The notes beneath the pieces are model-generated. The model worked only from the letters and a program-made list of their open reading frames with translations. It did not search any database and had not been told where the DNA came from. Of a stretch of 64,000 nt of DNA, positions 37,295 to 49,400 are shown piece by piece. How positions within the stretch are numbered: the first letter of the stretch is position 1; each line of letters starts with the position of its first letter. A program made the translations under genes and the position numbers. Source of the stretch: Podospora anserina (taxonomy: Eukaryota); contig CM030333.1 in the NCBI GenBank assembly GCA_017654855.1, positions 186,001-250,000 of the forward strand, given 5' to 3'.

Positions 37295-38913
37295 TCACAG
37301 GTACACCAGCAATGCCTCGGACGCGGCCAAGCTCAACGTAACACTCCCCGCTCTCACGCTAGCCTCCTCCACCTGTTCGATTCCTTGCTTCACACACGTT
37401 CCGTCTTGGAAAGTCTGACCACCAAAGGTGGCGGGACTAGACCTGTCGGATCTGGAAGTAGCACTACTCCCAGTCAGTCTTTTGGACAGGACGCTCGTGA
37501 GGCCGGAAGGCAGTCCAGTCAACGTGAAGCTTTCTCTCGATCTGGTCCCCGATTCGTAGTAGTTGGAGTTGATGAGCAAGATTCGGATGGGCTTGTTGTC
37601 CTTGTAGATGGCGTATCCCCCAAAGTTATTCGAGAAGCTATCCAACGGAGCAATTCTTTGTGCTTCTGCCAGGGCCGCCGTGATGAAGTAAGCCCCATAA
37701 TAAGGGTTTCCCATACTGAACCTGCCCCACCAACAGTACTGACAGTTTCCGATAGTTCCCTGGTGGAAGTAGATAGACTTGATGCCCAATAATAGGGACT
37801 GGGCGACATAGTCTACGATCCACAAAGCGGCGCCGAATGTTGGGCTTATGCCACCCCCTCCTGCGAGAATGCTGTCAGTAGCCGCAGAAAACACAGACGT
37901 TATATAGGACAAACCTTGGGTTGCGCTGTTTGTCTCCCCCATGATATAGTCCTTGCCAGCAGCTCTGGCTGCCGCAGCTTCAGCCTTGAAGGGCGCAATC
38001 TGTGTCGCAATCGCGCTATGGCTCATGAGTCTTGCCAAATTGTAGGTCCCTGCCCACTGTGGGTAATTATGCGAGTTGAAATTTTTGACAGCTGCCATCG
38101 CGTTTCCTTCCTCTCTGGCCAGATTCGCATTGTTGAATTTGTCTGTCCCAAAGAAGACGCCCGCGGAGATGATGCTGGAAGTTGTCAGATTGCTGGCCAA
38201 GGCCCTCTGCCATTCAACCTGACTGGCACGGTCCCGAGCTGCGTTCCAGGTGCCACCAGCGATCGGGTCGCTATTCGTGTAGAAGTTGGGTTCGTTGCCG
38301 AGCTCGATCGAGTCCAGGTTTCTCATCCTTTGGTGAGCGAGCCTTGAAGCTGCGAGAGTGTTGCCCAGATTATTCAGTCGCCTGTTGAGTCCAATTATAA
38401 CCTTCCCGGGGTATGAGGCCGCCAAGTCGAAAAATGAAGGGCCAAACGTCAGACTCATGGGTGCATCAGCGGGGTTGCTGACAGAGTAAGTGACCGCTGC
38501 CGATGATTGGGCATTATATGTTGCCCGGTCTCTGTTGATATCCATTAGAGCGTGAACCCGAGGTGTCTTCATGCAAGAAAGATATGCTTACTGCGTTGTT
38601 CCACCAACCCTTACCGGCGGCCATGAGCCGGTGAGATCTTTGAAGTTCTTCAAGCACGTCATGGTGGACGTGACATTTTCCATGTAGCCAGGGAAAGTGA
38701 AGAATTCCAGTCTGCCCTAGAATGTCAGCCAGAGGTGCCTTGAGTTTCACTCGAGAGGAGACAGGAGTTGACTTACGACACGCCCACCGGCGCCGGATCC
38801 AGGAGAGGACTGGCATTCGATGGAGGCGATGATGGCACGCTGTACGAAACAGCTGCTACTAGATGTGGTGCATAGCTTGCAAGCCACAGGAAACTCAATC
38901 TGCTCACCATCAT
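37295..38913 (-). CDS. Secreted GH79 beta-glucuronidase-like glycoside hydrolase
   Basis: Signal peptide; RVGGTTQ; ELGNEPN (acid/base); GETNSA (nucleophile); GISPTFGAALW; FHQGT; several introns. Confidence 0.9.
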
Positions 38914-39665
38914 TGTTAGATAGGAAAACCAACAGGAAATAGTATACAACTTCCAGACAACGAGTTAGTTATTGGTCATAAGGACGTCTCCATTTTATCC
39001 TATATTGAAGATCTCTGTCAACACGAGAAAGGTTGCGTTGCAATGCTTAGTTCGGGTTGCGTGTGGCATACAGGGGTTTGACAACTGGAGGTAGTAGTAC
39101 CCCTTGCTGCAAAAGCTTGGAGCCGGCAAAATACAAACATGATGCGGAGAAACTTAGTTCATTGGTGGAAATAATAGGCCGTCGAAACTGGCTTGCCATG
39201 GCTAAAAGGAAGGAACCGTTTGTTTCACAGGGACATCGGAAACAACCCAATTCAGTCTCTACGAACATGACATCGAGACTTAAGGACAATGGCTAGGAAG
39301 ACTCAGAGCTCCTGAGCTTTACGATGGGAATTTTAGCTCAACTAGCTACACAGCACTATAGTAACATAATCCCTGCATCGTTTTTCGCGCTGATCTGTAT
39401 CGCAGAACGACATGTCGGGCTGTTTAGCGAAGTGGGCAAGACATAAAGCCATTCTCATGGAAGCTAGACTCTATAGGCTGCTGGGATTTGATATGTTGAG
39501 CGGAAAACCGTCGCGTTACTGGAGGCCAATGTACACTCCAGTTCCGTGGCTAAAGGCCGCCTGAGCTTCTTCCAGTTTGTCGGGGGCTCCCTGGGTACCT
39601 AGTTATCTTACAGAGGGAAATTGTTGTAGCCTGGAAAATGCCCGGGTAATAGACTGAAGTATATG

Positions 39666-40104
39666 TGTGACGAACCCCTGTACAGAACCTCTGAAAGGGA
39701 TACGGGTTGAAGGCTACTTCTGACAATTGGTTCGGTGCAGCTAAACAGTGCACAACAAGATGTCTCAATGTAAACACAAGATGCCGTGAATACAACTGTG
39801 AAATTGCATACTGCGGAACTGTCTATCTACACCAGCCAGTTCCTCCGTATATATAGACTTCTTTTCCCAGCCGTGCTTCCTCTGATCAGTGTCCTGAGCA
39901 TACTGATCACTTACGCTCAGCCTGATCAGTGTCCTGATCATACTGATCATCCCGGTCTGGTCTGCTCAGTCTGATCAGTGCTCTGATCGCACTGATCATC
40001 GTCCCTCATTGTGATTGGCTCTCCTGGGTGTTTTCCCGATTGGTCCCTGCTCCCGCGGTTCCACAACCAATCGTTATTCTCGTCCATATACCAGGGTTGT
40101 GACA
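39666..40104 (-). mobile_element. Solo LTR, crapaud-like Gypsy family, U3 type A, almost free of RIP
   Basis: TGTGAC..GTGACA termini, 5-bp TSD ATATG on both sides; its first ~190 bp are shared with the other LTRs of this family. Confidence 0.92.
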
Positions 40105-42536
40105 ATATGCCGTAATTTAATAAGATTCTAAGTGGAAAAAAAGAAAGTAGAGCAAACACCAGATATATAAAATATATTTTAATAATGGTTTTACTTTCTT
40201 ACTTGTGGAAACTTAGCTAGCTAGGTCCCTATAGGTAAAAAGCTTGTTTATAGGGGTTAAAGTAAAGAAGTCTGGAGTTATGAGATATTTACGTTACTTC
40301 CGACGATTAATTAACCGTATTTCCTCCCGCTAACCTCGTACTATCCCGATATTATACTTTTCCCTTCCGCCCTAATCGAAAATATAACTTTGATATTTAA
40401 TCTAATTATTATATTTATTTAAAAGTGTTAAAATATATGTATATTATAAATATTTATTTAACAATTATTAACAACTGGTTTTTTAAAGGTTAGAGTATTA
40501 TAATTTTTTGGATTATATAAGTCGTTAAGCTTTTATAGTAAAATAAAGTTAAATATATTTTCTAATATAATATAATGCTTAATATACCAGTTTTTTTTTA
40601 AAAAGTATTTAATAGGGAATGATATTGTATTAATACTATATTTCTTAGTACCAATCTTACAATTTATTATATCATATGAATGTTTTTATATATTGTTTGT
40701 TAAGGGCTTACAACGCTGTTGTTTGGGATTATTTTAGTCTCTTGTTACTTGCGTTTTATTTTGCCGTTATGATAATAGGTAAAGCTACTATTCCCGTCTT
40801 TTACATTATGTTCCGGCGCTTTTTTTTATTAAATTTCTTTTTTTCATTATAGCTTTACTTACGATAATGAAACTAAAGAAAAAAAGATAATCTTTAAAAC
40901 GAAAGTTCATAAAGCTCTAGATAAAGAAAATAATTTATTTAATATATTTTAATAAAATATTATAAAATCCATTAAAAGTTAGTTTTATATATAAGCCTAA
41001 AGGCCCTATAACGGTAAATATTAATAGTTTTTATAGTGTAGTAGAATTAATTTATATAAAACCTATAGCTTACTGTCACGAATATAATATGGACACCCGA
41101 AAAGAACAACCAATAGGAAAGAGGAGGCACGGCAGCTAATTAAGAGAAAGGAGGATAGACCAATAAGAGGTGGATTATCCGGGACATAAAGGAATCATGA
41201 GCGATTTCTAGGAATCACTTATGAGCCTTAAGAGTTAGTTAAAATCCGGGAAGAAACAGAATAATCCAGGCTTAGCATTAGATCTATAATACGGAGGAAC
41301 TAGATAGCTTATAAATAGTTCCGCAGTATGTAATTCACAATTATATTTACGGTATTTTGTATTTATATTAAAATATTTTATTATATACTATTTAGCTATA
41401 CTAAACTAATTATTAAAAGTAGCCTTTAACCTATATCCCTTTCAGAGGTTCTATATAAGGGTTCGCCACACGTTATATACTTACTTTAACTCTATTACAG
41501 ATAAGTTAAAAGTATTAAATTAACGCTATAGCCGGAAATGTTAATACTTAGATAGGGATATTTACTTAACTTACTATCGATTAGCTTTTCGCTTATATTT
41601 AAAAGTTTAAAAATAAATTACGCTTTTCCCACGAGACCCTTATATAAAAAAACGCTATACTCTACTAAAAGATCGGGACTTTACGTAAGGAGGGAGAGCG
41701 TATTAAGCTTAAGGCACCCGACCGCTACGGAGGTATAAAAGGAAAGCTAGGAGGATTTCTAATCTAGCTTAAAGCTTACTTTCGGTATTACCCTTTTTAT
41801 TTTCCGGATAAGGAGTTTAAAGTTATATATATTACGTCTAGGCTTAAAGATATAATATTTATATAGTTTAAGCCGATTTTAAGAGATTACTTTGATAATA
41901 TATATAATAAAAGGAAGGATATTAGTTAAACGTATTTTAAATCGTATAAAGGCTTTAAAAAGAAAATTAAGGAGGTATTTAAAGAATATAACGAGGCTAA
42001 ACGTGCTTAAGAATAATTAATTAACCTTAAGCAGACTCGATCTACTACCGACTATACTATAGTATTTAAGATAAACGTACTCCGTAACGTAATTAACGAT
42101 AAAGGGTTAATATAATTATTTTACAACGGACTTAAAGAAAAAGTTAAGAATAAACTATATTAAATAGAGCGACCGGAAATTATTAACGAGTATATTATAA
42201 TAATAATCTATATTAATAATTAATAATATTAATATCGTAAAGAGCGTAAGGGTATACGCGTGTAAAGACCGTATTACCCGAATAATAATAATAAAAAACG
42301 GCCTTACGGGACTTACGTTTTAAGGACTACTTAAGTAAAACTTATAAAAGTCGATACTATTTAATAATAAAAGTCGTAAGGCCGGGATAAAGGTAAAAAT
42401 AATTATAAATATTTTAATTACAGTAAAATAAAATACTTTAAAAAGGACTATAGGGTATTTAAGTAATTCGGATAGAAAAAGGAGATTGCAATAATTATTA
42501 TATTGAAGGGACCGAGGGTTATAGAGATTATAGCTA

Positions 42537-44370
42537 ACGTGCGTAATAAGCGAGCGCAATAGACAAGCGAGCGTAATACTTTTTAATATCCTACTATAAC
42601 TATCCTTAATTATATAACCATAATACTAGCAAACTACAATAACTGAATTAGAAATAGATGAATCAGATAATTCTGTAGCCTCCTTGCAGGTACGTGTATT
42701 ATAGCCAGGCTTGCCGCACACACCATAGCACCGAATCTTCGTACGAGACCCCCCTACACTACTATTATTCTGTCGTATTTCCTGGGCTACCTGCTTACCT
42801 ATAGCTTTTTAATCTAGTAGATCCTGTGCCTTTTATATAGTAAGTAACCCTTTAAGCCGCATACGTGTTTTTTTTGGCTCTCCGTCTCTTACTAAGCTCC
42901 TTATTGGCCTTACGTAGCGAAGAGACCTTTATACGGAGAAGAGTTACCTCGTATATTATACTTATTACTTCCTTAGTAAATTAGTCTATAGCGGCTAGTA
43001 TTAAGGTTAGAGAGTTACCCTAATAGTTAGAAATTCGAGTTTTAATAAACATTAACTGTAAAGTAACCTCCCGAGGGTTATATAGCGTTTAAAAGACCTA
43101 AGGTAGTACTGTAGTTAGGCTCGAGGCTAGAGGTATTGGAGTCCGAATATATATATTTAGTTTAGATATTACTCTCTTTAGGTCGTACAGTATAAAGCCG
43201 GCTCTAATAAAACTACTTTAAATATTTTTTTTATAATCGAAATAAAAAATATTTCTCTAAATATATAAAGAAACTCTAATTTAGTAATATATATAATATT
43301 TATTCGTATTAATTATTTAATTTAGCGGTTATACGCTTTTTTTAATAGCGTAAAATAATTAATATTTAATAATTAAAATATATAAAAGAAGTACGGAGGT
43401 ATATATAGTATAATAATATTATACTTCCGGCAATTTTTTGAAGTAGTAACTTTCGTAGCCGTTAAAGATTAATAACCGATATTTATCCTTCGTACGAAAT
43501 ACCGTATAGAAATCGAAGTACTAAATTTAATCTATATTTTTTTTATTAATAGTCTAACTATTATCGATTATTATAATACATTAAGTAGCCGGAAGGCTAT
43601 ACTCTTAATATTAATTAATAAAATAATATTACCCGGCTAAAATAATAAATAATAAAATAGTTTAACCTAAAGTATTTACGCTCTAAATAACCGTAACCCA
43701 CTTACGATTATTAAACTAAACCTATTTAACTTTATTACGGCTATTAAAAATTATAATTATTATACCCGCGAAAAATAATACCTATTATAAACCTAATCTC
43801 GTCGAAGTTATAGATATTATTATTTACGATACCGTACTAAACCTTAATATTCTATATAAAGGTAAACCACTCTCTAATAACCTTTAAATCCTCGCATTTA
43901 GCCCTCTAATAATTATATTTACGCGTAAAACGCGTCCGAAGTTCTAACTAGCGTTTAACGAAGTTATAAGCCTATCGTTTACTAATAGGGGGCGCGTTGC
44001 GTTCGCGTAGTAATCGGTTAGCTATATCTTCTACGTAATAAAGCCGAGGATGAAATGTACGCGTATAGAGCTTAATTATATATTAAATAATCGTTTATTC
44101 CTCTAAATCGGTAAGCTTATGTAAATTAGCTAAAATATCGTATCGTGTAAGCCGGCCGGCGCGTCGGTGAAAAAGAGTTGTATGGTTAACGTTATAGATC
44201 TTAGCTGCAGCTCGCAAGCTTAGCTTTTTATTATTTTAAGGAGCCTGGAGAGCCAGATTTAATCGTGCTTCATTTGACGGCGATATTATATTAGATTGTG
44301 GAGGAAATAAGTGTTGAAGGCGAAGGTAGTACGACGCGTGGAAAGTATTGCGCTCGCTTATCACGCACGT
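42537..44370 (-). mobile_element. Second pogo/Fot1-type DNA transposon nested in gag
   Basis: TIRs ACGTGCGT(A/G)ATAAGCGAGCGCAATA, TA TSD; RIP-mutated transposase collinear with the 17149-19011 element; empty site visible in the sister retroelement at about 52455. Confidence 0.92.
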
Positions 44371-44761
44371 TATCGGGTATTAGTAAAACGAAGCGGCAAA
44401 CTTTAAGGAAAATTCTAATTAATATACTAAGTAAAAAATAAAGTTCCAGGAACTATAGGAAGTAATAGAAAGGCGAAAGGCGGAGTACGAAGAAAGGGAT
44501 CTTTAGATTTAAGTATTATAAGATTAATTAATATAAATTACTATAAAGGTTACTAAAAACGATAATCCTATATAATAGGAAAGACTAATTAAGTAAACGA
44601 TACTAGAAAAGTAGTATGGTAAGTATAGGATTACCGCTGTATAAGGATAGCTTAAGAAATCTATATATAAAAGCTAAAAAAAAATACTGGAAAGATAAGA
44701 AGGTCGTTAGTATTAGGATCGTAAAGTTATTAAGAAATATACTTACTTTTATACAGTATAT

Positions 44762-45203
44762 TGTCACAGTTAACCTAACAGCAGGCCGCGCCACATATAG
44801 GGCGCAGGACGTCCCTAGCTAATCATTAAAGAAGTTAGGAGATAGCTAATCAGGGCTGGACGAAAGTGCTATGGCGCTAAGACACACGAGCACTCTGCAG
44901 GATGCAAGATGCTACGAGTGATCAGAGGCATAGCACGACGAGCACTTTGCAGGATGCAATATGCTATGGGTAATCGGGGCCGTAGTAGGGCGAGCACCTT
45001 AGGGCCCCAGGATCTATATATACGGAGGAACTGGCTAGTGTAGATAAATAGTTCCGCAGTATGCAATTCACAATTGTATTTACAGTATCTTGTGTTTATA
45101 TTAAGATATTTTATTGTGCACTATTTAGCTGCACCGAACTAATTATTAGAAGTTACCTTTAACCCGTATCCCTTTCAGAGGTTCTGTATAGGAGTTCGTT
45201 ATA
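44762..45203 (+). mobile_element. Solo LTR, U3 type C, nested
   Basis: 442 bp, same sequence as the LTRs of the 46499-53958 element; TSD TATAT. Confidence 0.9.
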
Positions 45204-45286
45204 TATATACCCTATAAGGAAGATACGGTATAACTTTATTTTAAGTATTTAGAGTATCGGAAAGTACTTTAGTTTTAGTATATTAT

Positions 45287-45921
45287 TATTAATGTGTAGG
45301 TACTACTAAGTGCCTTACTTACTGCCCTACAAATTAATATTATAGTGGGCAGTACTGCTATAAGCAGTAATGGAACTTCCCGGCTTAGATCCCTTTAGAA
45401 TATTCTTTATAAGGGACCTTTAAAGGCTTACAGGGCTACTGTAGCCTAAGGCTTAGTTAATAGATATTAGAACCTTCTAAAGTAGCTATAAGCTTACGTA
45501 GTAAGTTGCTATAATAATGTGATTTATAGGGCATCTTTGCTACCGAAGGTTCTATGGATTTCCGTAAGTCTATACTAGACTCACCTAAGCCCACTAAATA
45601 CCCCAAAGTAGTATAAGGGCTTCCAGGGCCTACAGGACCCACAGTAGGCCTACGAAGGCCTATATATAGACCTTTCCTCTTTCCTGTAGAATAGTTCCTT
45701 TCTTTCTTTCCTTAAGGGCAAAAGTTTAAGGCTAAAGCTAAAGGCCAAGGCTAAAGACAATAAAGGTAATTCTTATTCTTTATACCTCACTGTATTACAG
45801 TGCTTTACCTTCTTTCGGTACTGCCGTCGTATCCTCCTGCTTCCGCTTACGCACTGCTGTATTTTACAGCAACCCTGTATAGGTTCTATATTATAGGCCT
45901 ATCAGGGCTTACTAGCTAACA
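45287..45921. mobile_element. Solo LTR of an unrelated family, nested
   Basis: 635 bp absent from the collinear sister element (about 51990); termini TATTAA (RIP of TGTTAG) ..CTAACA; TSD ATTAT. Confidence 0.75.
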
Positions 45922-46498
45922 ATTATATATAGATATACGGAGCACTATTAAAGCAAGTCGCAAAACGGCTACTAACCGGTACGTAAGGTAAATAAAAAAG
46001 GTAAGCTTTAATTAGTTAGAAAGACAATAGTAAAGTAGGAAAAAACTAATAAAGAATTAAACGATTATCTTTTATAAAAGACTTAAGAATTAATTTAATT
46101 AAAGAATAGCCTTTAAGTAATTTAATTTATACTTAAGAAAGTAAAGAGTTACTTCGGGTATACGGACGAAAGGTATATATTTAATAGTATAATTACGGGG
46201 TTAAGATTAGTATTATTATAATATATTATTTTAAATTATATATTATATTTACGGTAAAAGATTAAGTAATATTACCGGGATACGGAGCCTAAAGTATTAA
46301 ATAAATAACAAAAGTATTATTAGAGGTATATTCGATAAAATATTAAGAACGTTAAAGATAAAAAATAGAAGGAAGCTAAGCGGGTATAGTTAAAAGACTT
46401 TATATTACTAAATAATCCGGAGTAGGAAGATACTCTTAAACGATATAACCGTTTAGAAAACGATTTACGGCCCTTCGCGGAAACCGGTAATCTCTAAC

Positions 46499-49400
46499 TG
46501 TAACGAACCCCTATATAGAACCTTTAAAAGGGATACAGGTTAAAAGTAACTTCTAATAATTAGTTCGGTGCAGTTAGATAGTATATAATAAGATGTTTTA
46601 ATATAAATATAAAATACTGTAAATATAACTATGCATTATATACTACGGAACTATCTATCTATACTAGCTAGTTCCTCCGTATATATAGATCCTGGGGCTT
46701 TAAAGTGCTCGCCCTACTACGGCCCCGATTACCTATAGCACATTATATTCTGTAAAGTGCTCGTCGTGCTATACCTTTAATTACTCGTAGTATCTTACAT
46801 CCTGCAGAGTGCTCGTATATCTTAGCGCTATAGTACTTTCGTCCAGCCTTAATTAGCTATCTCCTAACTTCTCTAATGATTAGTTAGGGACGTCCTACGC
46901 CTTATATATAGCGCGGCTTACTATTAGGTTAATTGTAATATAATGCCCCTCCCCCTAGGTCGACGCTCCGGTAATTATATTCCTAAAATAATTACCGATT
47001 CCTATTTCTTTTATATTTCTATAGTAAGTTCCTCTCCTTTTTTATCCTAAACGTTATATCTAATTATATAAAGAATTAATTTATACGAGTATCGACTGTC
47101 GCCGTAATTAAATATGTGTCTTTAAGAAATTTAGTTTCGTTATACTTAAATATATTTATTATAAAAAGAATAACCTTAAGTATATAACTTCTCTTCGATA
47201 CGAACGGTACTTTCTGTATATTAAATCGAGTCGTTCCTATTACAACGTTTATAGTATAAATTATAAATCTTTTCTTTAAGCCTTTTTTTTCTTTTTTTTA
47301 ACTATTTATAGTCCGTCCTTTAATTAGGGAGAAGAAACGCCTGGATACCGAAAGACAGGCTACCTTAAGTAAACTCCTTCGTCTCGAAGCGTAATCGCAT
47401 ACCCTTAAGGCTCGAGCTCTAGTTGCTTTCCGTCGCGAGTCCCGGCTCCTTAATAAAGAGGAGAGAGAGTCTTGTGCGCGGCTTGCTACCCCGCATAGCC
47501 CGCTAGCGGCGAACGCCTCCGCTATTCCTTCTAACTTTTCCTTCCTAAATCCTTCTTTAGGCTTCGACTAGCTTTCCGACTTTCCTTTAGACTTTAGTAC
47601 GGCCGGTCCTTCCTTCCTAATTCCGTAAGGTGCCGCTAATAGCGTACCTTTTACTTCCTAAAGTGATTGAGACGCACGGCACTACTTGTATCTAGGTCTC
47701 CTCACACCTTCTAACCTCGTAGTGTAGTATGTAATACGTCGGCTATTACGTCGAAGGCGCAGGTTCGATTCCTACTAAGGTTCTTCTATATCTAAGTTCA
47801 TGGATATTCCTCCGTGGCTTAGGTATAGTTCTTTTTATTATTTGGGTTTTAGTCGGTCTGGGTATTGCCGGTGGAATTCTTTTTACTTGCTTAGGTTATT
47901 GAGATTTGCCTTCAGTTCTTACGAATTATTTATAATTAAATACCTTAACTAATTAATTAAATATTCTAATTAACCTCCGTTAAACTATAAATTTAGTATT
48001 TCCTTTATATCGTACTTTTCTTTTTTGTCCTCCGCTACGGCCTGCGTATTAGCCTTACTTACCGGTAGTACGGGTTCCAGAAATGAGATGCGAAAAGTAT
48101 ATAACTTTAGACGTATTATATTAGGTAGCTCCAATTCGAATACCGTCTCCGATATCTTTTTTTAACCTTAAATAAGCCTACTCTCCTATAGTTTAGCTTC
48201 TTATAAAATTTTTTGGTACGTAAATTATTTATAAAAAGGAATATTATATTCCCCCCTTTAAGGTAAGGTCCCTCGAGCTTTTTAATATTATAATATTTCC
48301 GTATCCTTTCCCTTATAAACTCCAGTTTTTACTTAAGTTTACTATAAAGTATATATAGTTTATTTACTTTAACCCTGGCCCTAAGTACTTTAACGTTAGG
48401 TCCCTACTATAAATTTATTTTATATTTAAAGTTTACGAAAAACGGTATAGCTTTAGTCGTTTTAGTTAGTAATATATTATATATTAATTATATTATAAGT
48501 AATAGTTTAACTTAATTATTTTATTCGAAATTAATATAATTCCGTAAATACTATTCTACGATTTAATTAAGCTATTCCGTTTGACTATTTATTTAAGGGT
48601 AGTAAACCGATAATACTTTACTTATTACCCCGAGCCTCGTTATTAACGCTCTTTAAAACTTCGATACGAATTTAGTATCGCGGTTTATAATAAACTTTTT
48701 TAACTATATATATATTAATATAATATACTATAGTACTATATCCGTTAATTACTTTACCGACTAAATTTTTTTATAAAGTAAAAAATATATTTATTTAATA
48801 AACTTATTAATTATTATTAATATATTATTATACTTAACGCCGGTTACCGTATTTTTTAATTTTAGTAATTTAATAATAAAGTTTATTATGATTAAACTCT
48901 ATAGTCGTTTTATTATTAATAGTAATTCCAGAAATCTATATAGTTTATACTTTATAACCTTCGTTTTCTCGTATATATAATATAATTAAATAGCTTCCTT
49001 AACGTTATTTTTAATCCTTAATTAATTAAAGTACTATTTAATCTTTTCTATAGTCTTTATAATACCTATATATCCTCCGAACTTTAATCTATAAATTTCT
49101 ATTATTAATATCGCCCTATTACCTAGCTTTATATATATTTAATTTTTATACTATAGTTTTCTTTAACTATTTTTTTAAATACTTTATAGTTTCAATTTTT
49201 CCTATTAATATTATTTCGTAATATCATTACCTAACCTCCTTTAATATTTACTAAAGATAGCCTATTTACGATACACTATAAAATACTTTTTTTATAGCTA
49301 AAATAAATATTTAAAAGCGCTATTTAGCGTCTCTTTAAATAATAGTGGTAACTCTTTATGTATATCCTTATAGTAGTCAGCTCGCCGGCTAAATACGTTT

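Noticed and set aside
39880-40001. CRISPR-like repeat array
   Set aside because: Eukaryotic LTR-internal repeats with no proper spacers and no cas genes
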